Origin: Candidatus Woesearchaeota archaeon
Lineage (GTDB): Archaea; Nanobdellota; Nanobdellia; Woesearchaeales; JAFCFN01
DNA: 64,000 nucleotides
Assembly: GCA_017608625.1 (NCBI GenBank)
Contig: JAFCFN010000006.1
Location: 295 to 64,294, forward strand
Direction of reading: 5' to 3'
The position numbers and the translations under genes are program-made. Shown here one piece after another: positions 49,161-59,261 of the stretch. The notes under the pieces are model-generated. The model worked only from the letters and a program-made list of their open reading frames with translations. It was not told where the DNA came from and searched no databases. Position 1 is the stretch's first letter. Each line of letters begins with the position of its first letter.

Positions 49161-50387
49161 GTGAGAAAAATCAAGCTCTATCTAAAACAATTCAAAGGAA
49201 TTGTTCCTGATAAAGATCTTGAAGCACTGGAAAGATATGGTGATGAATTTTTTGATCTGCATGTTCTAAATATTAATTCTACTCATTTAGGCGGAGGTGT
49301 TGCAGAACTTCTTTCAGCCATTGTTCCTTTATTTGATAGAATCGGATTAGAGGCTCAGTGGGAGGTTATGAGTGGGGGAATTGAGTTTTTTAACACAACA
49401 AAATATTTCTACAATGGTTTACAAGGACAAGATATCTCACTTGATCAAAGAATAAAACAAAAATTTAAATCTGTAAACAAGCTCAATGCAGTGAGAATGC
49501 AAGATATTATAAAAAATGCAGACATTGTCATTATTCATGATCATCAACCTGTTGCTATGATTAATTATGTTGAAAAAAAGCAACCCTGGATTTGGAGATG
49601 TCATGCTGATATACATACTCCTGATAGAGATGTATGGAACTTTCTTTTGCCATACATAAATTGTTATGATAAAGTTATTCTTTCAATGGAAAAATACAAG
49701 AAAAAAGGTATAAAACCTGTACAAAATATTGTTCATCCTTCAATTGATCCGACTAATGAAAAGAACATGGATATAAGTGAAAAACAGATCAACAAAATGC
49801 TCTCAAAACACGGCATTGATAGGGATAGTAAACCAATTATTTCTCAAATTTCTAGATTTGATAAATGGAAGGATCCAATAGGTGTGATCAAAACATTTAG
49901 AAAAGTTAGAGAAAAAATTAAATGCAAACTTGTTTTGTTGGGAGAGACTGCTTTAGATGACCCTGAGGGACCTGATATGTACAATTATATTATGAAAGAA
50001 ACTGCGGATGATCCTGATATTTATGTTATTTCAGAGCACAGCCCATTATTAGTTAATGTTCTACAAAGAGCATCTTCTGTTGTTCTGCAAAAAAGTTTGA
50101 AAGAGGGTTTTGCTTTAACTGTTGCTGAAGCACTTTGGAAAGGAACTCCTGTTGTAGGAACACCTCATGGAGGAATTCCTTTGCAAATTATTGACGGTAA
50201 GACAGGTTATTTGGCAGAAACAATTGATGAAACAGCTAAAAGAGTAATCAAACTGCTTGAAAATAGAAAGTTAGCAGCAAAACTTGGCAAACAGGGAAAA
50301 GAGCATATTAGAAAACATTTCTTAATAACAAGACATGCTTTGGATTATTTGAAGATTTTTAAAGAGGTGTTAAAGAAAAAGGTTTAA
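49161..50387 (+). CDS. GT4-family glycosyltransferase (trehalose synthase TreT-like)
   Basis: 'VLLGETALDDPEG', 'EGFALTVAEALWKGTPVV' GT4 C-terminal motifs; track start 49077 lies inside tRNA, GTG 49161 proposed. Confidence 0.6.
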   Translation: MRKIKLYLKQFKGIVPDKDLEALERYGDEFFDLHVLNINSTHLGGGVAELLSAIVPLFDRIGLEAQWEVMSGGIEFFNTTKYFYNGLQGQDISLDQRIKQKFKSVNKLNAVRMQDIIKNADIVIIHDHQPVAMINYVEKKQPWIWRCHADIHTPDRDVWNFLLPYINCYDKVILSMEKYKKKGIKPVQNIVHPSIDPTNEKNMDISEKQINKMLSKHGIDRDSKPIISQISRFDKWKDPIGVIKTFRKVREKIKCKLVLLGETALDDPEGPDMYNYIMKETADDPDIYVISEHSPLLVNVLQRASSVVLQKSLKEGFALTVAEALWKGTPVVGTPHGGIPLQIIDGKTGYLAETIDETAKRVIKLLENRKLAAKLGKQGKEHIRKHFLITRHALDYLKIFKEVLKKKV

Positions 50388-51418
50388 TCCTTTATCATAT
50401 GCACATCCATCTGGGGAAATGGAATAACAATGCCTTCTTTCTTGTATCTTTCTTTTAATGCTTTGATGAATTCATGAGCTAATAAATATTTATCAACAAA
50501 TGTTTTTGCTCTTAAAATAACAGTAAATTTTATAGAAGAATCTCCAAATGTATGATATCTTATAAAGGGTTCAAAATCATGTATTGCTCCTTCAACTGTT
50601 TTCTGGCAGTGTTTTGCAACATCTATTGTTACTTTCTCAACTTTGTCTAAGTCTGAGTCATAGCTAACTCCTACCTGAACTAAAACAGCCATTTCTGGCT
50701 GAGGAGCATTAAAGTTTGTTATGATTGTTTGGGCAAGTTTTGAGTTTGGAACTACAACAATGTTATTTGGCAAGGTTCTTATTCTTGTTGATCTCCAACC
50801 TATGTCCTCAACATATCCTTCCTCACCTGATTCAAGTTTAACATAGTCGCCTATTTTCACTGGTCTGTCAGCTGCAATGTAAACTGCTGAGAAAAAGTTT
50901 GATAATGTGTCTTGCAAAGCTAGTGCAATTGCTAAGCCTGCTATTCCTAAACCAGCTAACATTGGTCCAATCTCTATTCCTAGTTTGTCTAAGATAACAA
51001 GAATTGCTATTGCATATATTATTAATGCTGAAATTCTGTTTATGAACTTGAATATTGTTTCATCAACAGGTATTTTTGTTTTGTGAGAGATTTCTGTTAC
51101 ATACCAATGCAGAATGGCTTTGATGATTCTTACCAAGATATAGGCTACTACAAGAATAGAGATCATAACAAAAATTTGGTCTATTGAGATACTTGCTATT
51201 GTTAAGTCTGATTTTATATATTTTAGAGCATAATAAAGACCTGCCAAAATAATGATCAATCTTAAAGGCCTTTTGAGATGCCTTACTATTTCATCATCAA
51301 GTTTTGTAGTTGTGTTTGCTGCTAATTTAGCAATTTTATCCAAAAAGAAGACAAGAATTTGTGCGATTATAAAGGATGAAATTAGAATTATTATTGGAGT
51401 AATAAAATCCGCTGTCAT
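50384..51418 (-). CDS. mscS: small-conductance mechanosensitive channel MscS
   Basis: 3 TM + 'PVKIGDYVKL...GYVEDIGWRSTRIRT' MscS beta domain. Confidence 0.8.
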   Translation of the reverse strand: MTADFITPIIILISSFIIAQILVFFLDKIAKLAANTTTKLDDEIVRHLKRPLRLIIILAGLYYALKYIKSDLTIASISIDQIFVMISILVVAYILVRIIKAILHWYVTEISHKTKIPVDETIFKFINRISALIIYAIAILVILDKLGIEIGPMLAGLGIAGLAIALALQDTLSNFFSAVYIAADRPVKIGDYVKLESGEEGYVEDIGWRSTRIRTLPNNIVVVPNSKLAQTIITNFNAPQPEMAVLVQVGVSYDSDLDKVEKVTIDVAKHCQKTVEGAIHDFEPFIRYHTFGDSSIKFTVILRAKTFVDKYLLAHEFIKALKERYKKEGIVIPFPQMDVHMIKD

Positions 51419-51730
51419 AATAACTAAAAAAAATTAGTGATATTTATTTGTTTTGGTTAGGAGCTCTTAGATTCTTATATTAGAATAAAGAGAATCCTCT
51501 CTCCACCTCTTAAGCTTTTGGAGTATTGGCTCTATTTCTTTTAAGACATTATCAAAAGATTTTCTCATTTCTTCCTGTTGCTTTTTTGACAGATAAATTT
51601 CTTTTATTTTTGATTTATGTATTTCCATGAAAATGTTTTAATCATTTTAATATATAAATCTTTCTATTTTTACCACCTAATAGTAATCATAACCGAAAGA
51701 TTTATAAATAATTAACCACTACTAAGTAGT

Positions 51731-52231
51731 ATGAAAATAGCTGATATATTAAGTTTAATGATTGTATTTGTAGCTGGAATACTAACATCTTTTACAGTTA
51801 GTCAGCTTCCTGTTTTTTCTGATGAAAAACCTTTGGCTTTTGGTTCATTCTTCTCAGAAGGAACATTAGAAAGACCCTCTCCTTATGACTGGGTCAAAGA
51901 AGAACAAATACATATTTATGATGATAAAGTTGTTATTGATCTAGAAGATGCTCAATTAACTGAATTTGCCAACACAAATTCAATGGATCCTTTAATTGAT
52001 GAGAACTCTAATGGAATTGAGATTATTCCAGAATCAATAGCTGACATCCACATAGGTGATGTTGTTTCTTACAAGTCAGGAGAGGATATCATAATTCACA
52101 GAGTTGTTTTTATTGGAGCAGATGAACAGGGATGGTATGCTTTGATGAAAGGAGATAATAATAATGTGAAGGATCCTGAAAAAGTAAGGTTTGAACAAAT
52201 AGAAAGAATACTAGTTGGGGTGATTTATTAA
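51731..52231 (+). CDS. signal peptidase I (archaeal Sec11 type)
   Basis: N-terminal TM, 'NSMDP' Ser motif, 'GDNN' box. Confidence 0.6.
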   Translation: MKIADILSLMIVFVAGILTSFTVSQLPVFSDEKPLAFGSFFSEGTLERPSPYDWVKEEQIHIYDDKVVIDLEDAQLTEFANTNSMDPLIDENSNGIEIIPESIADIHIGDVVSYKSGEDIIIHRVVFIGADEQGWYALMKGDNNNVKDPEKVRFEQIERILVGVIY

Positions 52232-52232
52232 A

Positions 52233-52451
52233 ATGGAAGATAAAAAAATATTGTTTTGTCAAGAAACAATAGATTTAGAAGAAACAGCAAGAAATACTAC
52301 AGGCATTGTAAGAGAATTCTTGGAAGATCAAATAAAAAAAGAAACATCATATGAGTTATATCTGATGCAGAATCCAGCATTAAGGAAATCAGAGGATGAA
52401 TGCAACGATGATCCATTGTATCATTTAGCATATAAGAGAGTATTTGATTAA
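52233..52451 (+). CDS. hypothetical small protein
   Basis: 72 aa acidic. Confidence 0.25.
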   Translation: MEDKKILFCQETIDLEETARNTTGIVREFLEDQIKKETSYELYLMQNPALRKSEDECNDDPLYHLAYKRVFD

Positions 52452-52502
52452 AGAAAGAGTTTTGAGTTAAATTTAAATAAATGCTTTTTCTTTTTTATTT
52501 TA

Positions 52503-53387
52503 ATGGATCAATTAGAACTAGACAATTATATAAAAGCAGGTAAAATAGCAGCACAAGCTCTAGAGTATGGTAAGAGCTTAATTAAACCAGGAGTTTTATT
52601 AGTTGATATAGCTGAGAAGGTAGAAGCTAAAATAAAGGAACTTGGTGGGGAGCCTGCATTTCCTGTTCAGATTTCTTTGAATGAAACAGCTGCCCACTAT
52701 TGCCCTGAACAAGATGATAAAACTATTTTAAATGACCAATTAGTTTGCTTAGATGTAGGTGGTAGTGTTGATGGTTTTATAGGGGATAATGCGTGTACAG
52801 TTGATTTAAGTGGGAAAAATAATGAGCTAGTAAAAGCAAGTGAAGAAGCTCTAAAAAATGCAATTGCAATAATTAAACCAGGAGTGAGTTTAGGAGAAAT
52901 AGGTAAAGTTATAGAAGAAACAATAACAAAATATGGTTTTAGGCCTGTTAAAAATCTTTCTGGTCATGGTTTAGAAAGGTATAATATCCACTCTGAACCA
53001 ACCATTCCTAATTATAACACAGGAGATGATACTCAATTAGAAGATGGACAAGTAATTGCAATTGAGCCATTCGCAACTAATGGTGTTGGTATGATAGGAG
53101 AGAAAGGCTTGCCTAATGTTTTTCAATTAATACAAAAGAAGCCAGTAAGAAGTGCAATAACAAGAGAAGTTTTGAAAGAGATAGAAAATTATAAAGGAAC
53201 GCCTTTCACAATGAGATGGCTTATTAAAAAATTTGGATTAAAAGCAAGATTTGCATTAAAAGAATTAAAAAATTTAGAGTGCATTAAAGAATATCCTCCT
53301 CTAGTTGAGAGAAGCAACGGTTTGGTTAGTCAGGCAGAACACACAATTTTGGTGAGAGAAAAACCAGTTATATTAACTAAAGCATAG
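52503..53387 (+). CDS. map: methionine aminopeptidase type 2
   Basis: 'CLDVGGSVDGFIGD' metal site, 'GHGL', 'IEPF'. Confidence 0.85.
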   Translation: MDQLELDNYIKAGKIAAQALEYGKSLIKPGVLLVDIAEKVEAKIKELGGEPAFPVQISLNETAAHYCPEQDDKTILNDQLVCLDVGGSVDGFIGDNACTVDLSGKNNELVKASEEALKNAIAIIKPGVSLGEIGKVIEETITKYGFRPVKNLSGHGLERYNIHSEPTIPNYNTGDDTQLEDGQVIAIEPFATNGVGMIGEKGLPNVFQLIQKKPVRSAITREVLKEIENYKGTPFTMRWLIKKFGLKARFALKELKNLECIKEYPPLVERSNGLVSQAEHTILVREKPVILTKA

Positions 53388-53388
53388 A

Positions 53389-53706
53389 TTATTCTCCAAC
53401 TATAATTCTAAAATATTCATTATCATCAATGTCTTTATTATTATTTTTATCTGCTTCTTTGCAAATTTCTTCTAGTGTCTTGCCTTGATCTTCGGCCAAT
53501 ATTGATAATACATTTATATGAGTTCTAAATGTTTCATCTATCAATTTTACATTTTCAGGTTTTTTTGTACTAAGTGTATATTTTGTGTTAGGTATTTTGT
53601 GATAAATCCGATTAGAATTATATATGGCCTTAGTCATAGCACATCCACTAAATAAAACAGTAAATGGTACAGCATAAATCGCTGACTTTTTTATTTTAAA
53701 ATTCAT
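53389..53706 (-). CDS. small lipoprotein with EF-hand-like Ca-binding loop
   Basis: 'LFSGC' lipobox; 'DKNNNKDIDDNEY'. Confidence 0.4.
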   Translation of the reverse strand: MNFKIKKSAIYAVPFTVLFSGCAMTKAIYNSNRIYHKIPNTKYTLSTKKPENVKLIDETFRTHINVLSILAEDQGKTLEEICKEADKNNNKDIDDNEYFRIIVGE

Positions 53707-53707
53707 T

Positions 53708-54025
53708 TTATTTCTCTAATGGATATAATTTTCCCATTATCATCATATACTCTCTCTGATCAATTCTCTTATCTTTATTTATATCGGCCTCATTACAAAT
53801 ATCTTCTAAAGTTATACTATGATATTTAGCCAAATTCAATAATATATTTATCTCGGATTGTAATAAATTATAATCTTTTTTTCTGTCTCCAGTATTCTTT
53901 TTTATAAAGACATATTTTGTACCAGGGATTCTCTTTTTGGCATAATTAGAATTTTTACAGCCATCCAAATATAAAATACTAACAAAAGCAAGAACAGGAA
54001 GTGCATAAGCAGCTAGTTTTTTCAT
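53708..54025 (-). CDS. small lipoprotein with EF-hand-like loop (paralog)
   Basis: 'YLDGC' lipobox; 'DINKDKRIDQREY'. Confidence 0.4.
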   Translation of the reverse strand: MKKLAAYALPVLAFVSILYLDGCKNSNYAKKRIPGTKYVFIKKNTGDRKKDYNLLQSEINILLNLAKYHSITLEDICNEADINKDKRIDQREYMMIMGKLYPLEK

Positions 54026-54033
54026 ATAAATAA

Positions 54034-55296
54034 CTATAATTTGTCAATATTTATCTTTTTCTCTTTTCCAGTCAACATATCTCTCAAAGTTACTTGTTTC
54101 TTTTCAAGATCTCTTTCACCAACAATTATCGTTTTTTTTGCTTTTATTGCATTTGCATAGTCTAATTGTCTTGAGAGATTTCTTTGCATCAAGTCAAGGT
54201 CTACTTTGTATTTTTTTCTTAATTTGTTTGCAATTTTTATTGCCTCTTTCCTTAATTTTTCATTAACTGGAGCTATGTAATAATCAGGATTAATATCTAC
54301 AACAGGAAGCAGAGCTTTTTCTTTTAACAGTAATTCTGTTGTTGTATCTCCTAAAGCAAAACCTGTTGCTCCCTCTGGAGTGCCACCAAATTGTTTTATT
54401 AGATTGTCATATCTGCCGCCTGCTAATAGGCTTCTTAGTTTTTCCTTTTTATCAAAAGCCTCATAAACAATTCCTGTATAATATGCTAAACCTCTAGCTA
54501 TTGATAAATCTAACTCAACGAATTTATCCTTACCGTACTCCTTCAGAATATCCAGAACATCTTTTATCTCTTTTAAACCAGAAGAAGCAGGATTATTTAG
54601 CTCAAATTTTAAGATATCATTAATACTTTTAATTTTTATTATGTTTCTGATCTCAGCTATTTGTTCATCTGTTAATTTTAATTTTTTTAATTCCTGGGTA
54701 AACTCTTTTTCAGTTATTTTTCTTGATTTATCAATAATTCTGATTATATCTTCTGTTTTTGCTTTGTTTACACCTAAACCGTAAAGTAAACCTTGCAATA
54801 GTTTTCTATTATTTAGTTTTATTACAAAATCCTTCTTAGTTAAACCTAATGCCAATAAAGAATCAATTGCCAGTGCAATACATTCTGCATCAGCTTCAGC
54901 CTTATAGCTGCCAAAAACCTCAACTCCGAATTGGTAAAACTCTCTTAATCTGCCTTTCTGAGGATTTTCATATCTCCACATTCTTGTTATATAATACCAT
55001 TTAACTGGTTTTGGAAGCTGTTTTTGCTTTGCTATAAACATTCTTGCCAAAGGAACTGTCAAATCAAATCTTAAGCCATATTCTTCTTGACCTCTTTTTG
55101 TTAAAGTAAAAATTTGCTCTTTTATTTCTTCTCCTTCTTTTTCTGTCAGAAGTTTTAGAGTTTCAAAAGCTGGTGTTTCAACTTGTTTAAAACCGTATTT
55201 TTCTGCAATAGTTTTTAGTCTATTGAAAATTGCTTGTTTTATTGCAAAATCTTCTGGATAAAAGTCCCTTGTCCCTTTTGGTTTTTGAAATGCCAT
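54034..55296 (-). CDS. hisS: histidyl-tRNA synthetase
   Basis: class II motifs 'FRYENPQKGRLREFYQ', 'GGGRYDNL'. Confidence 0.9.
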   Translation of the reverse strand: MAFQKPKGTRDFYPEDFAIKQAIFNRLKTIAEKYGFKQVETPAFETLKLLTEKEGEEIKEQIFTLTKRGQEEYGLRFDLTVPLARMFIAKQKQLPKPVKWYYITRMWRYENPQKGRLREFYQFGVEVFGSYKAEADAECIALAIDSLLALGLTKKDFVIKLNNRKLLQGLLYGLGVNKAKTEDIIRIIDKSRKITEKEFTQELKKLKLTDEQIAEIRNIIKIKSINDILKFELNNPASSGLKEIKDVLDILKEYGKDKFVELDLSIARGLAYYTGIVYEAFDKKEKLRSLLAGGRYDNLIKQFGGTPEGATGFALGDTTTELLLKEKALLPVVDINPDYYIAPVNEKLRKEAIKIANKLRKKYKVDLDLMQRNLSRQLDYANAIKAKKTIIVGERDLEKKQVTLRDMLTGKEKKINIDKL

Positions 55297-55671
55297 ATTT
55301 ATTCTCTTTATTTATGACATTTAAATAGTTTTCGTGTAGTCCGAAAATCCTATAAAACTTCCTAGATATTTAATTAATATGAAGTATAAAGTATTTAATG
55401 ATTAATAAAAGAAATTTTATAATGTATAGCCTAAATAATAATTTCTCCATCAGAATAATAAAATTTACATATGGCCTTTCTTTTTTGTTTATAAAAAATA
55501 CGTAGAATTTAAATTGATCAAAAAAGCAAAAAACAAAGGTTCAGTTTTAATAGTTGCTGATACAAAGGAACTGGATCAAATAATTGATAACTGTGTTGCT
55601 TCATATATTTTCAGAACATTTTTATCTTGTGCATTAAGAATTAAATAAAAATATTTTCCTTATGTTTATCT

Positions 55672-56268
55672 TTAAGGTACTTCTACATAGATCACTTGAG
55701 GGTCTCCATAATTATCTGGATAACTTTGATAACAAGGAGAAGAAGGATTATTGTGTGGATTACCATCGTCGTAACATATATTAATTACGAAAGAATATAG
55801 GCCTGTTGTTGGTTTTTGTAGGTTAATAAGAATAGCTATCTTTTTGTCTTGATTTGGTCCTAAATCAAACTGCCATTTATTATCATTTAATTCTGTTAGT
55901 GTTGTTGTAATCTCATATTTGTCATTGATACAGACGCTACTATCTGTAGTTCCATTTGCATTATACTTTGTGATACAATCTGCTTTCACAACAAAAGTTT
56001 GTTGATTATCATAAACATTCAACACACCCAAACCAAATACAGCTCCTCCTTTTTCAATAGTTTTTTTTGTTATTGGAATAATAACTCTTTCTCCTGCAGC
56101 AAGATAGGATTCTATTTGAGCTTCTGTCTGTGCATCTAACTGTGCTTTCATTGTTTCTGCTTTTTTGAGAAATCTATAAGATAAACTAATTCCAACACTA
56201 AGAACAGCTAGAGCAAGAATAAGAATAACAATAAAGCTAATGCTTATCATGAATGCTTTTCTGCTCAT
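55672..56268 (-). CDS. archaeal type IV pilin-like protein (class III signal peptide)
   Basis: 'MSRKAFMISISFIVILILALAVL' then beta-rich domain. Confidence 0.4.
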   Translation of the reverse strand: MSRKAFMISISFIVILILALAVLSVGISLSYRFLKKAETMKAQLDAQTEAQIESYLAAGERVIIPITKKTIEKGGAVFGLGVLNVYDNQQTFVVKADCITKYNANGTTDSSVCINDKYEITTTLTELNDNKWQFDLGPNQDKKIAILINLQKPTTGLYSFVINICYDDGNPHNNPSSPCYQSYPDNYGDPQVIYVEVP

Positions 56269-56392
56269 TTTTAAGCTGCTACAAGAAGATCTGAGTTATT
56301 TTTCAACTCTTTTCTTGCTAATTTTCTTGCTGTTCTATTATTTTGTAAAGCTAAATTTATAAAAAGCTTGTACTTATTATCTTCAAAAATAT

Positions 56393-56605
56393 TCATCTTA
56401 AAAACTCATACTCTTTTATAATCAAAATCATGAAGAGCACAAACACTATTGCTCCTGCTAATACTATATAAATTCCTTCTGTAAATTCTCCAGAATAAAG
56501 TTTCCAGAATCCAAAACCACATATAACAATAGCTACCCACAAAAATTTGTCCAAAACTAGCTTCATGATTTCAAATTCTTGAGCTTGAGTTAAGCGTTTT
56601 TTCAT
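56393..56605 (-). CDS. small two-TM membrane protein
   Basis: 70 aa. Confidence 0.25.
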   Translation of the reverse strand: MKKRLTQAQEFEIMKLVLDKFLWVAIVICGFGFWKLYSGEFTEGIYIVLAGAIVFVLFMILIIKEYEFLR

Positions 56606-56615
56606 TTTTTATCTT

Positions 56616-57089
56616 TTATGTTACAATTATTCTGACATCTTCTGATATATCTCCCACAGTTAATGAACAGAGATATTGTCCTTTAGAAATTCCTGAAGGT
56701 ATCTTTACAATTGCTGTCCATTTCATAGGTGTACCTGCTGTTACAGTTTTTTTACTAACTGTAAAATCTGGCGTTATTTCTGTACAATTTAATGAAGGGG
56801 ACACATCTCCTCCCTTGATAGGATAAAATGAAAATTTAATTCCTCTACTATCTCCAGGAGCACCTGTTACTGGCTCTCCTGACAAAGTCAATCTCTCACC
56901 AGGAGTTGCTGTTGTTGGTTCAGGAACTTCTGCTTCCCATTTGGTTAACTCAGTTTCAGCTTTTTTAGCAACCATTCTGATAACTCCTAAACCGACTCCT
57001 AACATTGCTATTGCCATGATTAAAATAACAATTGCATTCATAGAAAGAGCTAAGCTACTTTTTCTTTCTTTTCTCAGCATGAAAAACAC
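56616..57089 (-). CDS. archaeal type IV pilin-like protein
   Basis: 'RKSSLALSMNAIVILIMAIAMLGVGLGVI' N-terminus. Confidence 0.4.
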   Translation of the reverse strand: MFFMLRKERKSSLALSMNAIVILIMAIAMLGVGLGVIRMVAKKAETELTKWEAEVPEPTTATPGERLTLSGEPVTGAPGDSRGIKFSFYPIKGGDVSPSLNCTEITPDFTVSKKTVTAGTPMKWTAIVKIPSGISKGQYLCSLTVGDISEDVRIIVT

Positions 57090-57232
57090 CTCTTTTTATT
57101 GTTTATGAATATAATATAGGTTTAAAATAGTAATGCTATTTATAAATGTTTTGGTTAATATAAAGATAAAATCAGTTCTGCAAGAGTGATAAAATATCAG
57201 AAAGCTTTATAAAAATAAAAAGTGTAAAATTA

Positions 57233-57288
57233 TACAGGAGGGGGCTGTGAGCAAACAATATACAGGAGGGGGCTGTGAGCAAACAATA
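57233..57288. repeat. perfect 28-bp tandem duplication (tacaggagggggctgtgagcaaacaata x2)
   Basis: seen in sequence; overlaps predicted start of downstream ORF. Confidence 0.9.
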
Positions 57289-58032
57289 GATGTTCTAGTT
57301 GAGTTTATAAAATCAAATGCATTAGAAAATAACAATGGAAGTCAAAATGAAAATGCATCTGAAAGCATCAATATAACTGATATTTCACATCCAGATCAAA
57401 ACCTAACAATTAATGAAGGAGAAGATTTAGTAATAATTGTGAACTTTTCTAGAGTAACTGATTATAGCTGGATTATTAATAATCAAACAGTTGTATCTGG
57501 AACAGGAGATTCAGCAAGCTATAATTTTAGTGCAGATTTTAGTTCATCTGGCAATTACACTTTAAGATTAATAGCTGGAAATTTAACAAGAGAGTGGAAC
57601 ATTACAGTCAAAGAAGCAGGTGATCTAGTATTTGAGTTTAGAACAGCTGTTCTTGATTATAATACAGAGGCGTATATACCTAATAATACAGTGACAATCA
57701 ACGGAGTAACAAAACAAAACCCTAATCGTTCTTCTCATTACAAAACAATATTCAATGTCAGCTCTGATACTTTAACTGAAACTTGTTATTCAGCTGACAA
57801 TTATTTGCCAGATTGTGATGATGTTTATTTTGATATGAGACTAACAACTTGTACAGCAGGAAGTGATTGTAATTTAGGAACTAATAAAGGGGGCTACACA
57901 ACTAATTGTGTATGGAACAGTGATTGGGGTGATTTTACATGCACAGTTACAAAAGCAGATTACAAATCTGTTTTTATCTATAATCCTAATCAAAATGCTG
58001 TAAAAAGGGTTAATTACTTGGAGAAGAAATAA
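57247..58032 (+). CDS. Asn/Thr-rich putative surface glycoprotein (many NxS/T sequons), start uncertain
   Basis: >15 N-x-S/T sequons, Cys-rich C-terminus; no signal peptide at predicted start. Confidence 0.35.
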   Translation: MSKQYTGGGCEQTIDVLVEFIKSNALENNNGSQNENASESINITDISHPDQNLTINEGEDLVIIVNFSRVTDYSWIINNQTVVSGTGDSASYNFSADFSSSGNYTLRLIAGNLTREWNITVKEAGDLVFEFRTAVLDYNTEAYIPNNTVTINGVTKQNPNRSSHYKTIFNVSSDTLTETCYSADNYLPDCDDVYFDMRLTTCTAGSDCNLGTNKGGYTTNCVWNSDWGDFTCTVTKADYKSVFIYNPNQNAVKRVNYLEKK

Positions 58033-58035
58033 AAG

Positions 58036-58722
58036 ATGATTTATAGAAGATTAGCGCCATATGTTGCAGCTGTTCAGTTGTTTAGTGCTGTGCTCTGTTA
58101 CAGCCAGGATAATAAAAACACAACACATTATTTGCAAACACCAATAAAAGAGAAAGCAGATAATAATCTGAAACAAGGAGTGGCAGATCATTCTCTGCAG
58201 AATTTGGAAGAAAGAGCAATGCCCTTTTTTACAATAAAAGAAAAAGATGCTGACCAGCAACAAATACAAGAAGGAACAATAATTTATACCAAAAAGCCAG
58301 CCATTTTGAAGAAGAAAACCACCTCTTTCTATAACATCTTTCTTTTAGAAAAAGTAGAAACAGATTATTTACAACAAAAACAAGAAAAAACAGATGATTA
58401 TCAGCCAACATTCAAAAAAGAAAAAACAATTTATCCTCAAATGTTACCTAGAAAATTAAAATTAAATCTTAAAAATGTTCAAAAATCTGGACTAGAAAAA
58501 AAGATTGAAACTAATTCTCAAGAAGCTAAAATAAAAACCAAAAAGTTTTATCAAAAATGGTGGTTTTGGACTGGTCTAGGTTTATTAGCAGCAGGGATAT
58601 ATTATTACAATCAAAATAAAGAATCTAAAAAATTAAATGAACCAACAACAAGTTCTGACGATAAGGATGAGGAACAGGATCCAGCGCATGAGTTAAGCTT
58701 AAGATTGAATAAAAGGTTTTAG
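58036..58722 (+). CDS. hypothetical protein with signal peptide and C-terminal TM anchor
   Basis: 'WWFWTGLGLLAAGIYYY' near C-terminus. Confidence 0.3.
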   Translation: MIYRRLAPYVAAVQLFSAVLCYSQDNKNTTHYLQTPIKEKADNNLKQGVADHSLQNLEERAMPFFTIKEKDADQQQIQEGTIIYTKKPAILKKKTTSFYNIFLLEKVETDYLQQKQEKTDDYQPTFKKEKTIYPQMLPRKLKLNLKNVQKSGLEKKIETNSQEAKIKTKKFYQKWWFWTGLGLLAAGIYYYNQNKESKKLNEPTTSSDDKDEEQDPAHELSLRLNKRF

Positions 58723-58769
58723 TAACCTTTATAAATAAGTAGGTTCCCTTTTTCAAACATTATAGAAGA

Positions 58770-59261
58770 ATGGAACCTAGAGCTTATACTAGGATAAGTA
58801 AGTTTAAGAAGCAGTCTTATGTTAGTACTAGGCCTCATATAAAGATAACTAAGTATGAAACAGGTGCTACAAATAAAAAATTCTCATATAAGGTAACGCT
58901 TGTTTCAAAGTCTGATTTGCAGATAAGGCATGATGCTATAGAAAGCGCAAGGCAGACATGTAACAGAACACTGGAAAAAACTGCTGGACAAACTGCTTAT
59001 CATCTAAAAGTAATGCTCTTCCCTCATCATATTCTAAGGGAAAATCCAACTGCAACAGGTGCTGGAGCAGACAGAATGTCTACTGGAATGAAACTAGCTT
59101 TTGGTAAACCGATAGGTGCTGCTGCAAGAGTTAGAAAAGGTCAGACTATATTTACTGTTTTTGTTAATAAACAGCACCTAAATCTTGCAAAAGAAGCTCT
59201 TAGCAAGGCTAAAAAGAAATTGCCTAATTCTTACACTATTTTAATTGAAGAGAATAAATGA
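58770..59261 (+). CDS. rpl10e: 50S ribosomal protein L10e (uL16)
   Basis: 'RAYTRISKFKKQSYV...' L10e N-terminus. Confidence 0.85.
   Translation: MEPRAYTRISKFKKQSYVSTRPHIKITKYETGATNKKFSYKVTLVSKSDLQIRHDAIESARQTCNRTLEKTAGQTAYHLKVMLFPHHILRENPTATGAGADRMSTGMKLAFGKPIGAAARVRKGQTIFTVFVNKQHLNLAKEALSKAKKKLPNSYTILIEENK

Noticed and set aside
51691-51710. 'tcataaccg' 9-mer matching the start of the conserved GC-rich element arm
   Set aside because: Only 9 nt shared, no GTTAAC, no GC-rich body, not positioned at a start codon; chance match
55462-55645. Short reading frame encoding ...KAKNKGSVLIVADTKELDQIIDNC... upstream of hisS
   Set aside because: No start codon in frame and no recognisable family; possibly a gene fragment but unsupported
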